DNA from: Bdellovibrionota bacterium
Lineage (GTDB): Bacteria > Bdellovibrionota_C > UBA2361 > OMII01
Direction of reading: 5' to 3'
DNA length: 63,035 nt
Assembly (NCBI GenBank): GCA_044356215.1
Contig: JBIKWQ010000008.1
Coordinates: 1 to 63,035, forward strand
The position numbers were made by a program, and so were the translations under genes. Positions within the stretch are counted from its first letter, which is position 1. Every line of letters starts with the position of its first letter. Under the pieces are notes generated by a model. That model was not told where the DNA came from, made no database searches, and saw only the letters and a list, made by a program, of their open reading frames with translations. Shown here piece after piece: positions 29,587 through 39,051 of this stretch.

Positions 29587-29751
29587 ATGAGCGACGAAGT
29601 TGTTGATAATGAAGAGACGAGAGCGGAGCTTCTTGAGGAGCTAAATCGACTGAACCACGAGATCCGTCGTCGACTGCTAGCCCTGGTTGAGCATCCAGAT
29701 ATATCGGATGATTTTAAGAATAACGCCGTGGTTAAAGAGTGGGTGAAATGA
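29587..29751 (+). CDS. small hypothetical protein (54 aa), absent from the ORF track
   Basis: ATG 29587 with GGAG upstream; MSDEVVDNEETRAELLEELNRL...EWVK*; stop overlaps the next ATG (ATGA, 29748). Confidence 0.55.
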   Translation: MSDEVVDNEETRAELLEELNRLNHEIRRRLLALVEHPDISDDFKNNAVVKEWVK

Positions 29752-30785
29752 ATTCTGTCGCTGTACAGAACGTAGTTAAGGATTTGAAGGCTATCCTGCA
29801 GCCTGTAATCGACTCAACGGATCATACTGAATTTGAATTTAATAATGCTGCCGCTCATCTCTGTTATATTGAGGGGACACTGTTCGGAGAGGGCGTAGAT
29901 TACTCGGGAAACCCTATGGGAGAACGAGTCTCCAGCGTGATCACAGCATTAGAACAGAGACTCACTAGCCAGTTGGAAGCTTGTTCGATATGTAATCCAA
30001 ATGAGTATTGCGATGTCGACCAGTTAAGCGAGTTGGTAGGAAATGCTCAAAAAATTGTAGAAACATCAAGTAGATTAGGCCCCCTTCTCGGCGCGCTGGC
30101 GAATTGGCTTAAATTACCGGCTACAAGAGCGGTGCAAAAAGAAGTTCATGGCCTAATCGATGCGGTGACAGATATTGATCGTCAAATTCTCGATCTTAGC
30201 TTTGAGAAGGGGAGCCTTGATAAACAGGGTAGCGCCAAGAAGCAGGGCTCGGAGGAACGGAGCACGATCATTAACGTGCTACTTAAGGTGCACGAATCTT
30301 TTAAGTCAATCAAAGATCGACCCAACATAGCCGATGCCCTCTGCGAGTATATTCTGAGCGCTACCACGATTGAGAACGAGCGCTTTTTCGCTAGGGAGTT
30401 GCTCTTCCATTTTAGAAAGCATCACGGGAAAGATGCTGCTAGGGTCGAGTTTATCGATCGGTGCTGTAATGTCGCTGAATTACTTGTGACGCTTGAGAAG
30501 TATGTCCCGGCTGACGAGGTCACGGAAATCGAGAATAAATTAGACCTGCCGACGAGGGATCCGCGCTGTTGGCTTGCGGTGCTTGATAATCTCGTTCACG
30601 GGTCTCTGGATGGTGAAAATACTTCCCTGGTGGTTAGGGCGTTGAAATTTAATCACTTGTTCAGTGCCATTCGTGAGAGTCGAGATGTGAAAGCGAAGTT
30701 AGAGGACCTAGGGTTACAGGTAGATTCGCTCAAGGCATTGCAGGTTCACAATAAGCTGACGCTGCAGGACACTCCAGTCTATTAG
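29748..30785 (+). CDS. hypothetical alpha-helical protein
   Basis: Long ORF, no recognised motif. Confidence 0.6.
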   Translation: MNSVAVQNVVKDLKAILQPVIDSTDHTEFEFNNAAAHLCYIEGTLFGEGVDYSGNPMGERVSSVITALEQRLTSQLEACSICNPNEYCDVDQLSELVGNAQKIVETSSRLGPLLGALANWLKLPATRAVQKEVHGLIDAVTDIDRQILDLSFEKGSLDKQGSAKKQGSEERSTIINVLLKVHESFKSIKDRPNIADALCEYILSATTIENERFFARELLFHFRKHHGKDAARVEFIDRCCNVAELLVTLEKYVPADEVTEIENKLDLPTRDPRCWLAVLDNLVHGSLDGENTSLVVRALKFNHLFSAIRESRDVKAKLEDLGLQVDSLKALQVHNKLTLQDTPVY

Positions 30786-30818
30786 CTGTTCGCTCAGCTT
30801 GTTTTCGTTTGTGCAGAT

Positions 30819-31247
30819 ATGATGTTAACGAGCTACTCACCAAATACCCAGGAATTCAGTTTCGCCTTGACGGGTAGATGGGAAGCAGCCCTCAAATCTA
30901 AGGGACACTCTGCAACTAGGCGTGAACTAGAACAGTTTGTCAGAGGCTTAGAAAATTTAGGGTTTGTATTACAGACGCCGATGCCAGATGGTTACGACTA
31001 TGGCAATGGTGATCTCGCGTTTACTGCAAAACGAACTATCTGCGGGAATTTAATGGAAGTTGAGCTTCTCTATAAATTCGACGCGGATGGGGATCCTATA
31101 GGTCGGTGGAGGCTTGCCGCATATCAGTCTCTTGAGCGCGGCATTAGGGCAGTTAATGCGGTTAATGTAAAAGAAGCTCTAAATGCTGAGCTGGAAAAGT
31201 TTTTTGACTTTTACCGGGATTTGCAGAATGCCGCAATCCGTCGGTGA
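30819..31247 (+). CDS. hypothetical protein
   Basis: 142-aa ORF co-oriented with the preceding orphan. Confidence 0.55.
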   Translation: MMLTSYSPNTQEFSFALTGRWEAALKSKGHSATRRELEQFVRGLENLGFVLQTPMPDGYDYGNGDLAFTAKRTICGNLMEVELLYKFDADGDPIGRWRLAAYQSLERGIRAVNAVNVKEALNAELEKFFDFYRDLQNAAIRR

Positions 31248-31371
31248 CATTGCCCGCAAAATGCTAATCAGGGGTTGAGTGACCGGGGCGTGCCAGGCGA
31301 GTAAGGTAGCCCCCCCCCATTTTTTCTCTTGTCCCGTTTACGAACTCTCGCTGCTGGAATACCCTTAGGGG

Positions 31372-33819
31372 GTGATAAAGAAGTTATTTCTCTTAATACT
31401 TACAGTATCGGTTTCAGCCGGCTGTGTCGCGGCGCTCTTTGGGGCTTGGGGATATTTTTATCTTATCCGCGATCTTCCACGTCTGGCGCGCATTGAGGAT
31501 TATCAGCCTCCGGCTGTTTCGCGAGTACTGGCTAAAGATGGCACACTTATCGCCGAGTTCTTCTCTGAGAAGCGGTACCCCGTAAAGCTCTCTGAGGTCC
31601 CTGACCGGGTGCGCAAAGCGTTTCTCGCCGCGGAAGACGCGTCGTTTTATAGCCACCACGGTATTGACCCGGTAAGTATCGCCCGCGCGGTTTATAAAAA
31701 CATGCAGAGCGGCAACGCGAAGCAAGGAGCCTCGACGATCACTCAACAAGTTGTAAAGAACCTCCTACTAACGCCAGAGAAGAGTCTGGTGCGAAAGGGC
31801 AAGGAGGCGATCCTCTCTTATCGACTTGAGCGCCGGTTCTCGAAGGATGAGATATTTGAGATATATCTTAATCAGATATTCTTCGGTAATGGGGCCTATG
31901 GAATTAAAGCGGCGGGACGGATCTACTTTCACAAGGAGCTTCCAGAGCTAACTATCGCGGAGGCGGCGATGTTAGCTGGTCTCCCAAAGGCCCCAAGCAG
32001 TTATTCCCCCCTGCGAAACCCGGAGAAGGCGAAGCAGCGGCGCTCAATGGTGCTGATCCAGATGCGCCAATCCGGATTTATATCGGAGCAGGAGATGCAG
32101 GCCGCCGAGCGCGAGCCCGTAGTTGTGCATCCGGCTTCTCAACAGAATATCTTCGCCTCTCCATACTACGTAGGGGAGATACGTCGAGTCTTCGCGGAAA
32201 AGTGGAAAGATCTCGATCTCGATACTGGGGGCCTGGAGATCGTCACCGCCGTTGATCCAAAAGCGGATCAGATGGCTCTTAAAGCTTTGCGAGTTGGACT
32301 CCGTGAGGTAGATAAGCGGCGCGGCTGGCGTGGTCCCGCGGGTAATATGTCACGCGAGGATTATTTAAAGCGCTTCCGGGATCTCGTGTTTGAGGAGGAT
32401 TCCCCGTTACCAGCGCTCTTCCTCTCAAGCTCAAAGGGGATCGCGCGACTACAGGTTGGTAATAAAGATTATCAACTCGATCTCAATGAGGCCGGCTGGG
32501 CTAAGAAGTTTTTGACCGCCGATGAGGAGGCGCGTTTTGGAGATCCGGCGAGCGCCCTTAAATCAGGCGATCTGATCGAAGTATCGTTTAGACAGGATCC
32601 GAAGCAAGCGGCCGCGGCTGATGGAAAGAGGCCACTTAAGTTGTTCCTCGATCAAACACCTCAAGTTGAGGGAGCGGTGGTTTTAATTGATCCGCTATCT
32701 GGCGAGGTTCGCTCGATGATAGGTGGATACGATTACAACCACAGCCAATTTAATCGTGTGACGCAATCTTTAAGACAACCTGGCTCATCATTTAAGCCGA
32801 TAGTGTATCTGGCCGCTGTTGATAAGTTCTCCTACACCCCATCAACGATAGTTAGGGATATACCGCGGTCGTTTCGAGTTGGTGATACAGTTTGGACCCC
32901 GGCTAACTTCGATGAGAAGTTCCTTGGGCCGATAACATTAAGAACAGCGCTGGAGAAATCACGGAATCTGGTTTCCGCTGATATCGTTTCGCGGATAGGA
33001 GTTGATGCCGCTATTGAGTACGCGCGACTCCTTGGAATAGTGAGTCCGCTTGGAAGAAACCTCTCACTATCTCTAGGAAGTAGTGAGGTTAGCCCATTAG
33101 AGATCACCCGTTCATACGGTGTTTTCCCGGCGAAGGGGATCCTCTTTGATTCAGTTTTCGTCACTAAGATCACCGATCGTTTTGGTAAGGTGCTCTATGA
33201 CTATGAGGCTGAGAAGCCCGGGCAGGCGAAGCGAGTAATCAACGAGAGCAGCGCTTTTATCATGGCGCACATGATGAAAGGTGTGATCGACCACGGAACT
33301 GGGTATAAAATTAAAGAGCTTGGGCGCCCCGTAGCTGGCAAAACGGGTACATCAAACGATCAGATGGACGCTTGGTTTGTTGGCTACACCCCTCGTTGGG
33401 TGTGTGGTGTTTGGGTTGGGTTTGATCAGAAGAAGGCGATCGGTCCGAAAGAAACTGGTGGTGTAGTATCAGCGCCGATCTGGTTAAATTTTATGCGTGA
33501 TTTCTTAAATTACGAGAAAGCTGAGAGCGCTAACGAACTAGAGCGTGAGGCGCGAGCTGAGGCCGCGCGGCTTGGAATCGAGTATCGTCCTCCAAAGAGC
33601 GATGAGCAGCTTGATTTCGCGGTGCCAGAGGGTGTTGAGCCGTATTGGGTATCAAAGAGCAGCGGAGCGAAAACGACTCAGGGCGCCCCCGGAGCGATAC
33701 TTGAGTATTTCGCGAAGGGAACTGAGCCCGATGATTATCCGGAGGTGTCTCTGGATGCCGACTCGGAGGAGGAAGAGGGGGAGGATAGCGCTTCTTATTT
33801 GGAGTCGGCGGAGTTGTAA
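31372..33819 (+). CDS. mrcA: penicillin-binding protein 1A (class A PBP)
   Basis: Glycosyltransferase 'AAEDASFY', 'GASTITQQVVKN', 'YLNQIFFG'; transpeptidase 'QPGSSFKP', 'SRN', 'GKTGT'. Confidence 0.95.
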   Translation: MIKKLFLLILTVSVSAGCVAALFGAWGYFYLIRDLPRLARIEDYQPPAVSRVLAKDGTLIAEFFSEKRYPVKLSEVPDRVRKAFLAAEDASFYSHHGIDPVSIARAVYKNMQSGNAKQGASTITQQVVKNLLLTPEKSLVRKGKEAILSYRLERRFSKDEIFEIYLNQIFFGNGAYGIKAAGRIYFHKELPELTIAEAAMLAGLPKAPSSYSPLRNPEKAKQRRSMVLIQMRQSGFISEQEMQAAEREPVVVHPASQQNIFASPYYVGEIRRVFAEKWKDLDLDTGGLEIVTAVDPKADQMALKALRVGLREVDKRRGWRGPAGNMSREDYLKRFRDLVFEEDSPLPALFLSSSKGIARLQVGNKDYQLDLNEAGWAKKFLTADEEARFGDPASALKSGDLIEVSFRQDPKQAAAADGKRPLKLFLDQTPQVEGAVVLIDPLSGEVRSMIGGYDYNHSQFNRVTQSLRQPGSSFKPIVYLAAVDKFSYTPSTIVRDIPRSFRVGDTVWTPANFDEKFLGPITLRTALEKSRNLVSADIVSRIGVDAAIEYARLLGIVSPLGRNLSLSLGSSEVSPLEITRSYGVFPAKGILFDSVFVTKITDRFGKVLYDYEAEKPGQAKRVINESSAFIMAHMMKGVIDHGTGYKIKELGRPVAGKTGTSNDQMDAWFVGYTPRWVCGVWVGFDQKKAIGPKETGGVVSAPIWLNFMRDFLNYEKAESANELEREARAEAARLGIEYRPPKSDEQLDFAVPEGVEPYWVSKSSGAKTTQGAPGAILEYFAKGTEPDDYPEVSLDADSEEEEGEDSASYLESAEL

Positions 33820-33821
33820 CC

Positions 33822-34463
33822 CTACCTCCCACCCTCCCGAACAAAGACAGTGACTTTTTTTATCTTATCCCTAGCCCGGAGCTGTTGCAGGACGTTCCTT
33901 CCGCCTACCAACTTGCCGAAGATCGTATAACGGCCATCCATGTGCGGAGCTTCGTCCAATAAAATATGAAACTGACTACCGTTCGAGCGGCGCTCGGGAT
34001 TCACTAGCCGCTTCTTCTTTGAATACGCATCCGGCTTGCGGGCCATGCCGAGAATTCCAAACTTGTGGTTGCGAGAGCTAAACTCAGCGGGAAGCGAATA
34101 GCCAGGACCGCCAAAGCCCGTACCCTTGGGGTCGCCGCCCTGTATCAGGTACCCAGGCTGAAAGAGGTGAAAGGAGAGCCCAGCATAGAATCCCTTGTCG
34201 GCCAGGTATTTAAAGCTAGCCACATGCCACGGGGCCTCCTCAGGGAGGAGCTCAAAATAAAGCGGCCCCCGCGAGGTCTCTATAACCGCGCTGCGTAGCT
34301 TTAACAGCTCAGGTCGCAAAGGCAGCGAGAAAGGGGGCTCATCATCACAGAGGGCGACTTTGATATGCAAACAGATACACGCCGCTACAAGCATTGCTCG
34401 TAGCAATCCCCTGATCGACAACCGCCTGTGCGGAGGGCTATCTGGCTTTAGCTTGGTACTCAT
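33822..34463 (-). CDS. cyclophilin-type peptidyl-prolyl isomerase
   Basis: 'IQGGDPKGTGFGGPGY', 'GMAR', 'SNGSQF', 'HMDGRYTIFG'. Confidence 0.92.
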   Translation of the reverse strand: MSTKLKPDSPPHRRLSIRGLLRAMLVAACICLHIKVALCDDEPPFSLPLRPELLKLRSAVIETSRGPLYFELLPEEAPWHVASFKYLADKGFYAGLSFHLFQPGYLIQGGDPKGTGFGGPGYSLPAEFSSRNHKFGILGMARKPDAYSKKKRLVNPERRSNGSQFHILLDEAPHMDGRYTIFGKLVGGRNVLQQLRARDKIKKVTVFVREGGR

Positions 34464-34611
34464 TAATCCTCAGGATAATCGATGATCTTGGCTTTGCCGA
34501 GGAGAAAATATACAGGAGCGAGGCTGCGCGAGCGGAACCCGTCTCTTTCCACCTTGGCAAAAAGCCCCGAGCAGGGAAGACTAGGGGGAAATTAATGAAC
34601 TCAAAGCTTCA

Positions 34612-36663
34612 ATGTCGCGATCTAAAACCCGGTCACCGCTCCTCTTTGCTATCCGCTTAGCCCGAGTCCTCGGGGCTGTGATCTTATTTACGCACGTTGC
34701 CACCCAGGTCACGCCCGCTCACGGAGAGCCAAATAAGGTCCCTGATAGCGGAAACAAGCTCGACGTTGTTCTGATGCTCGATTCTTCAGGAAGCATGCTT
34801 AAAACCGACCCCAAAGGGCTGCGGTATGAGGGCGCTAAGATACTCTGCTCATTTCTGACCGAGAGCGATCGTTTGGGTATAGTGCAGTTCTCTGGTGACG
34901 CCAAGGTCGCCCAGGAGCTTCAGTATTTCTCCCCGTCAAAGACCGATGAGATCCTGGGGCGTATTAAGGCAATTCCGAATGAGGGGCTCTTTACCGATAT
35001 CGCGCAGGGGGTCAAGGTTGCCGCCGAGATGCTCGACAAAGAGCCGCGAACTGATACGCAGCGTTTGATAGTGCTTCTATCGGATGGCAAGAGTGAGCCT
35101 GATCCAGCGGTCAGCCCAGCTTTCGCGCGCACACTGCAGTTGATTCATGAGATCCTGCCGGACATAAAGTCGCGTGAGGCTAAGATCTTCACACTCGCTC
35201 TAAGCGCGGAGGCTGATCGTGGTTTTCTGGCTGAAATCGCCACCGCTACCGATGGATTGTCGTGGTATACGCAAACTCCAGAGGAGATTCATACCTCCTT
35301 TGGCGAACTTTTTTTAGCCGTAAAGCGACCGCAGGTGGTCTCTCAGACCGGACGCGGGTTCTCAATCGATTCCGATGTCGACGAGGCGACTTTTTATATC
35401 AACCACGAGCCAGAGGCTAGGCTATCTCTTATCTCACCTAAAGACGAATCGATGACAGCCGAGAAACACCCCGATTACGTCACCTGGTTTACTGGACAAA
35501 ACTTCGATGTAATCACCGTAAAAGAGCCGGATTTGGGGGACTGGAGGGTTGTTGGCTCAACTCTTGAGGACGGCTTCGCCACGGTGCTAACCGATCTTAA
35601 GCTGCTGACTGATTGGCCGTTGGTTGTTCGCGCGGGGGACGAGCCGCTGGTGAAGGCGCGGTTATACGAGGAGAATAAGCCGATCACCCTGCCTGAGATG
35701 GGGGGTGTTGTTAAGTTTGGCTTTCAGATTATCCCAACAGATAAGGTCTCTAAGCCGATTATGCAGGAGGCGCTCTACGACGATGGAACCCACGGCGATG
35801 TGGTCGCGCAGGATGGAATCTACTCATCAGCGACTGGGGCGATCGCCACAGGGGCGTATAAGCTCGTAGTGGTAGCTAAAGGCCCAACATTTCAACGGAG
35901 TCAGCAGATCCCCTTTACCGTTCGTCCGCGCCTTGTGACTTTGGAGTTGCGTCATCCAAGCGAGGTATTTAAAGAGGAGCTTCAACCAGCGGAGAATTCA
36001 GGTGATGAAACGAGTGAGTTCGTCGTTTCAGTAAGCAAGGAATCGGCTGCTTTTAAATCTTTTGATGTCTTGCTGGTCGCGTTGACGGAAGATCGTGAGA
36101 GAATTGACCTAACGCTTAAACGTGTCTCGCCCAGCGCACATGAGTACACCGCCTTAGCCGATCAGCTTCCAAAAGATGGGCGCTACAAAGTTAAAGCGGT
36201 TCTAACTGGCCGAGATAAAAAAGGTGAGAGAATTGAGGCCGAAAGCTCGGTAATCTCGATTAATTTTAAATCGAGAACGCCACGAGATGAAGCCGAGATC
36301 GGCCACGCCCGCCGCAAGCATGGTGAGTCCGAGAAGAAACCGGCGGAATCAGGGGAATTTCCGCTAAAATCTATACTTGTGGTAACAGCGCTTAATCTAA
36401 TCGGATTCGGCGCCGCCTTTAAATTATTGAAAAAGAGAGCCAAGACCGGTACCGCGGGCAGACAGAGATATCTTCCGCCAGCGCAGATTTTGGAGGCGAT
36501 TGAGGTTCTTGAGCAGCGAGCACTGGCGAAATCTATGTCTCTCGATGATTCGATCTTTAAGTTAATCGAGTCGGCTGGAGTTCTCGATGGAGAGAACGAT
36601 CCAGTGGCGGCGCAGGGCCAGGGCGAGGCGGCGAGTAGCGAATCTGGCGAGGGGGCGGTTTAG
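34612..36663 (+). CDS. exported vWA-domain protein with choice-of-anchor-X-like motif and C-terminal TM
   Basis: MIDAS 'LDSSGSM', 'VLLSDG'; 'LYDDGTHGDVVAQDGIYS'; TM near the C-terminus. Confidence 0.85.
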   Translation: MSRSKTRSPLLFAIRLARVLGAVILFTHVATQVTPAHGEPNKVPDSGNKLDVVLMLDSSGSMLKTDPKGLRYEGAKILCSFLTESDRLGIVQFSGDAKVAQELQYFSPSKTDEILGRIKAIPNEGLFTDIAQGVKVAAEMLDKEPRTDTQRLIVLLSDGKSEPDPAVSPAFARTLQLIHEILPDIKSREAKIFTLALSAEADRGFLAEIATATDGLSWYTQTPEEIHTSFGELFLAVKRPQVVSQTGRGFSIDSDVDEATFYINHEPEARLSLISPKDESMTAEKHPDYVTWFTGQNFDVITVKEPDLGDWRVVGSTLEDGFATVLTDLKLLTDWPLVVRAGDEPLVKARLYEENKPITLPEMGGVVKFGFQIIPTDKVSKPIMQEALYDDGTHGDVVAQDGIYSSATGAIATGAYKLVVVAKGPTFQRSQQIPFTVRPRLVTLELRHPSEVFKEELQPAENSGDETSEFVVSVSKESAAFKSFDVLLVALTEDRERIDLTLKRVSPSAHEYTALADQLPKDGRYKVKAVLTGRDKKGERIEAESSVISINFKSRTPRDEAEIGHARRKHGESEKKPAESGEFPLKSILVVTALNLIGFGAAFKLLKKRAKTGTAGRQRYLPPAQILEAIEVLEQRALAKSMSLDDSIFKLIESAGVLDGENDPVAAQGQGEAASSESGEGAV

Positions 36664-36665
36664 TT

Positions 36666-37334
36666 ATGTGGCTAACAGTCCTATTACTGGCTTTGATTCA
36701 ATCTGGATTAATTGCGCTCTTTATATTTAACCGCGCCCGCCACGCCAACGACGATGTGGTCGCGCAGTTTGAGTTGATTAAGGACGAGGTTCAGCAGAAG
36801 CGCGATCTGTGGGCGAAGGTTGAAGCGGTACAGGGTGAGATAGCTGAGGATGGTGACTTTAAGAGAGCCGCGCGCGATTTTATCGGAGCGCGTGAGTCGC
36901 TTAAGGTAGAGCGGGGCCGAGTTACGTTGACGCAGGCTGAGATCGAGGCGCTTGAGGTCCGTATGCGTGAGCTTGAGGAGATCGGCCGCGAGTTAGAGGC
37001 GAGCCAGACTGAGACGAAAGAGGAGTTAAAGATCCTGCGCCGCAAAGAGGACGATATGCGTGACAAGAACAACTTGTTACGCGGGCAGATAGCTGATTCA
37101 TTAGCCAAGATGGATCTGCTGATTGAGGAGATCGAGCTCACGGCGCAGATGCAGAACCAGGTGGCTGCGATGAAGTCCGAACTCCTCCGGTCTGAAGAGA
37201 AGATCCAGACGATGCTCAATCAGATCCAGGACACAAACGAGCAATATTTCAATTTAAAACGGCGATATGACGCGCTCGATGTGGAGTACGCCCAGCTCTA
37301 TCAGCAGCTGACGGAGCAGTCGAGTAAGGGGTAA
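36666..37334 (+). CDS. membrane-anchored coiled-coil protein
   Basis: N-terminal TM followed by E/L/Q/K-rich heptads; starts 2 bp after the vWA gene. Confidence 0.75.
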   Translation: MWLTVLLLALIQSGLIALFIFNRARHANDDVVAQFELIKDEVQQKRDLWAKVEAVQGEIAEDGDFKRAARDFIGARESLKVERGRVTLTQAEIEALEVRMRELEEIGRELEASQTETKEELKILRRKEDDMRDKNNLLRGQIADSLAKMDLLIEEIELTAQMQNQVAAMKSELLRSEEKIQTMLNQIQDTNEQYFNLKRRYDALDVEYAQLYQQLTEQSSKG

Positions 37335-37400
37335 TTGGGGGGCGTTCGCTATTGCCCACAAGTAGTGTTTGAGAGGGGAGGAGAGCAGACAATTGTGTTT

Positions 37401-37700
37401 TCCTCCCTATCCGTAACATCTAGAGTGGAACCACAGAGGAACGCAGAGGGGGAGATGTTGCTTCATCTTGGGCCGGTAGAATCTTTGGGTCCTAGCCTCT
37501 GTGATACTCTGTGTACCTCTGTGGTTTCTCCCCTATCCGTAACATCTAGGATTGAACCACAGAGGAACACAGAGGAACGCAGAGGGGGGATGTTGCTTCA
37601 TCTTGGGCCGGTAGAATCTTTGGGTCCTAGCCTCTGTGATACTCTGTGTACCTCTGTGGGTTCTCCCCTATCCGTAACATCTAGGATTGAACCACAGAGG
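37401..37700. repeat. tandem array 1 of ~126-135 bp hairpin unit (~2.3 copies)
   Basis: CCCTATCCGTAACATCTAG linker at 37405, 37531, 37666; arms AACCACAGAGGAAC(A/G)CAGAG ... CTCTGTGTACCTCTGTGG. Confidence 0.92.
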
Positions 37701-37867
37701 GACCTCTTTGTAAAAAGTAGTTCCGATAATCTTTTGTGCTTTTGCCCACCTACACCATTTTCATCCTCCTTAACTGCTCTTTTTAGGTTCAAACTGATTC
37801 ATTACGCATCATATTGCCGATAAGAGAGCATAACCCTCATAAGGGGTAGCCTAGACTCAGATACTTT

Positions 37868-39049
37868 ATGCTTCGACTGGTGGTGTGTTCAGCGCTGTTT
37901 TTGCTCTCCCTCTCGGGGCCGCTAGCGGCTCAGGAGGAATCGGAGGCGGCTGCCCCAAATCCAGCTAACGATCTACGTGGCTTCTGGAACACCGATGATG
38001 CCAGAGATTGGACCCGTGCCGTTCGACCGAACTCATCGCGCGAGGTGGTGTATCACGACTATCCGGTGATGCTCGACAAGGTCAAAGAGGACACTAAGGC
38101 AGAGGAGGCGCGCCGGGCCGCCGAAGCTAAGATCCCAGTTATCAAAGAGGACCTAAGCCAAGGGGGAAAACCCGCAAAATCCCCGGAAAATAGCGAGTTT
38201 TCACCTAAGGAAGACCCGCAGAAGCAGGAGCCTAATCAACCACGAGTCTCAGCCACCCCTTTGTCACGTGAGCAGATTTTGGCTAAGTTTGGGTCGCCTG
38301 ATGAGCCGCAGGTAATTCGGGCGCAGAAGGACGCACCACCAGCGATGCAGGGTTTGTTTGAGGCGTTGAACAGCAACGACAAGCAGCTTGCCTTCCAATA
38401 CGCCATGGCATTGGCGCGCAGGCAGGTTGAGATGCAGAAGATGGTCGGCAAGGCGACCGACTATCAGATTTTGGCGATGGAGGCGATCGGGATCAGACCA
38501 GCTAACCCCATGCCGGATGACGGCGAGCCGATCGACCCGAGTCTGGCTGAGGTCAAGGAGTACTATCAGGAGGCGCGCCAGAAGGAGCTTAAGAAATTGG
38601 CGCCTGGGGTGGATGTAAATCTTGAGCAATATGAGGTAGATAGCTCCAAAAAGCCGGCTCGCGAGAACGTGCGACAGGCGATCCCAGCGGACCCGAACGG
38701 AAACGTTAAGATATTGATTTTCTTAGATGAAACCAATGCGGAGGCGGCTAAGATCGCAGAAAGGATAAAACCCCTAAGGAATCGCTATGCAGGGGACGCC
38801 AAGTTCGCGCTTTTTGGGCTAACTAAGCGAACTTACGAGCTTTCTGGCCTAAAGAAGCGGGCTGCTGAGATCTCCTTTCCATTTCCGCTAGTTAGTGGTG
38901 AAGCACTTGCGCTTGACCTGCGGATAAGGGGTTATCCCACAACTGTCTTTGTCGCTGCCAGCACAAAGGAGACTTACCGGGTTGATGGGGTTCCGAGTGT
39001 GGAAGAGATGGATAAGACGATACGAATTATGCGCGGGGGACAGCAGTAA
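37868..39049 (+). CDS. exported protein with C-terminal thioredoxin-like fold lacking CxxC (TraF/TrbB-like)
   Basis: Signal peptide; 'KILIFLD', 'LRIRGYPTTVFV' cis-Pro motif; first gene of an operon ending in a traG-like gene. Confidence 0.5.
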   Translation: MLRLVVCSALFLLSLSGPLAAQEESEAAAPNPANDLRGFWNTDDARDWTRAVRPNSSREVVYHDYPVMLDKVKEDTKAEEARRAAEAKIPVIKEDLSQGGKPAKSPENSEFSPKEDPQKQEPNQPRVSATPLSREQILAKFGSPDEPQVIRAQKDAPPAMQGLFEALNSNDKQLAFQYAMALARRQVEMQKMVGKATDYQILAMEAIGIRPANPMPDDGEPIDPSLAEVKEYYQEARQKELKKLAPGVDVNLEQYEVDSSKKPARENVRQAIPADPNGNVKILIFLDETNAEAAKIAERIKPLRNRYAGDAKFALFGLTKRTYELSGLKKRAAEISFPFPLVSGEALALDLRIRGYPTTVFVAASTKETYRVDGVPSVEEMDKTIRIMRGGQQ

Positions 39050-39051
39050 AG

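Noticed and set aside
37335..37823. 162-aa ORF, plus ORFs 20552-20773, 50469-50699, 50616-50846, 50624-51088, 55502-55765 and 55908-56108
   Set aside because: Translations of repeat/MITE DNA (TQRTQR, HRGRRGHRE, SVSSASSVV); probably spurious
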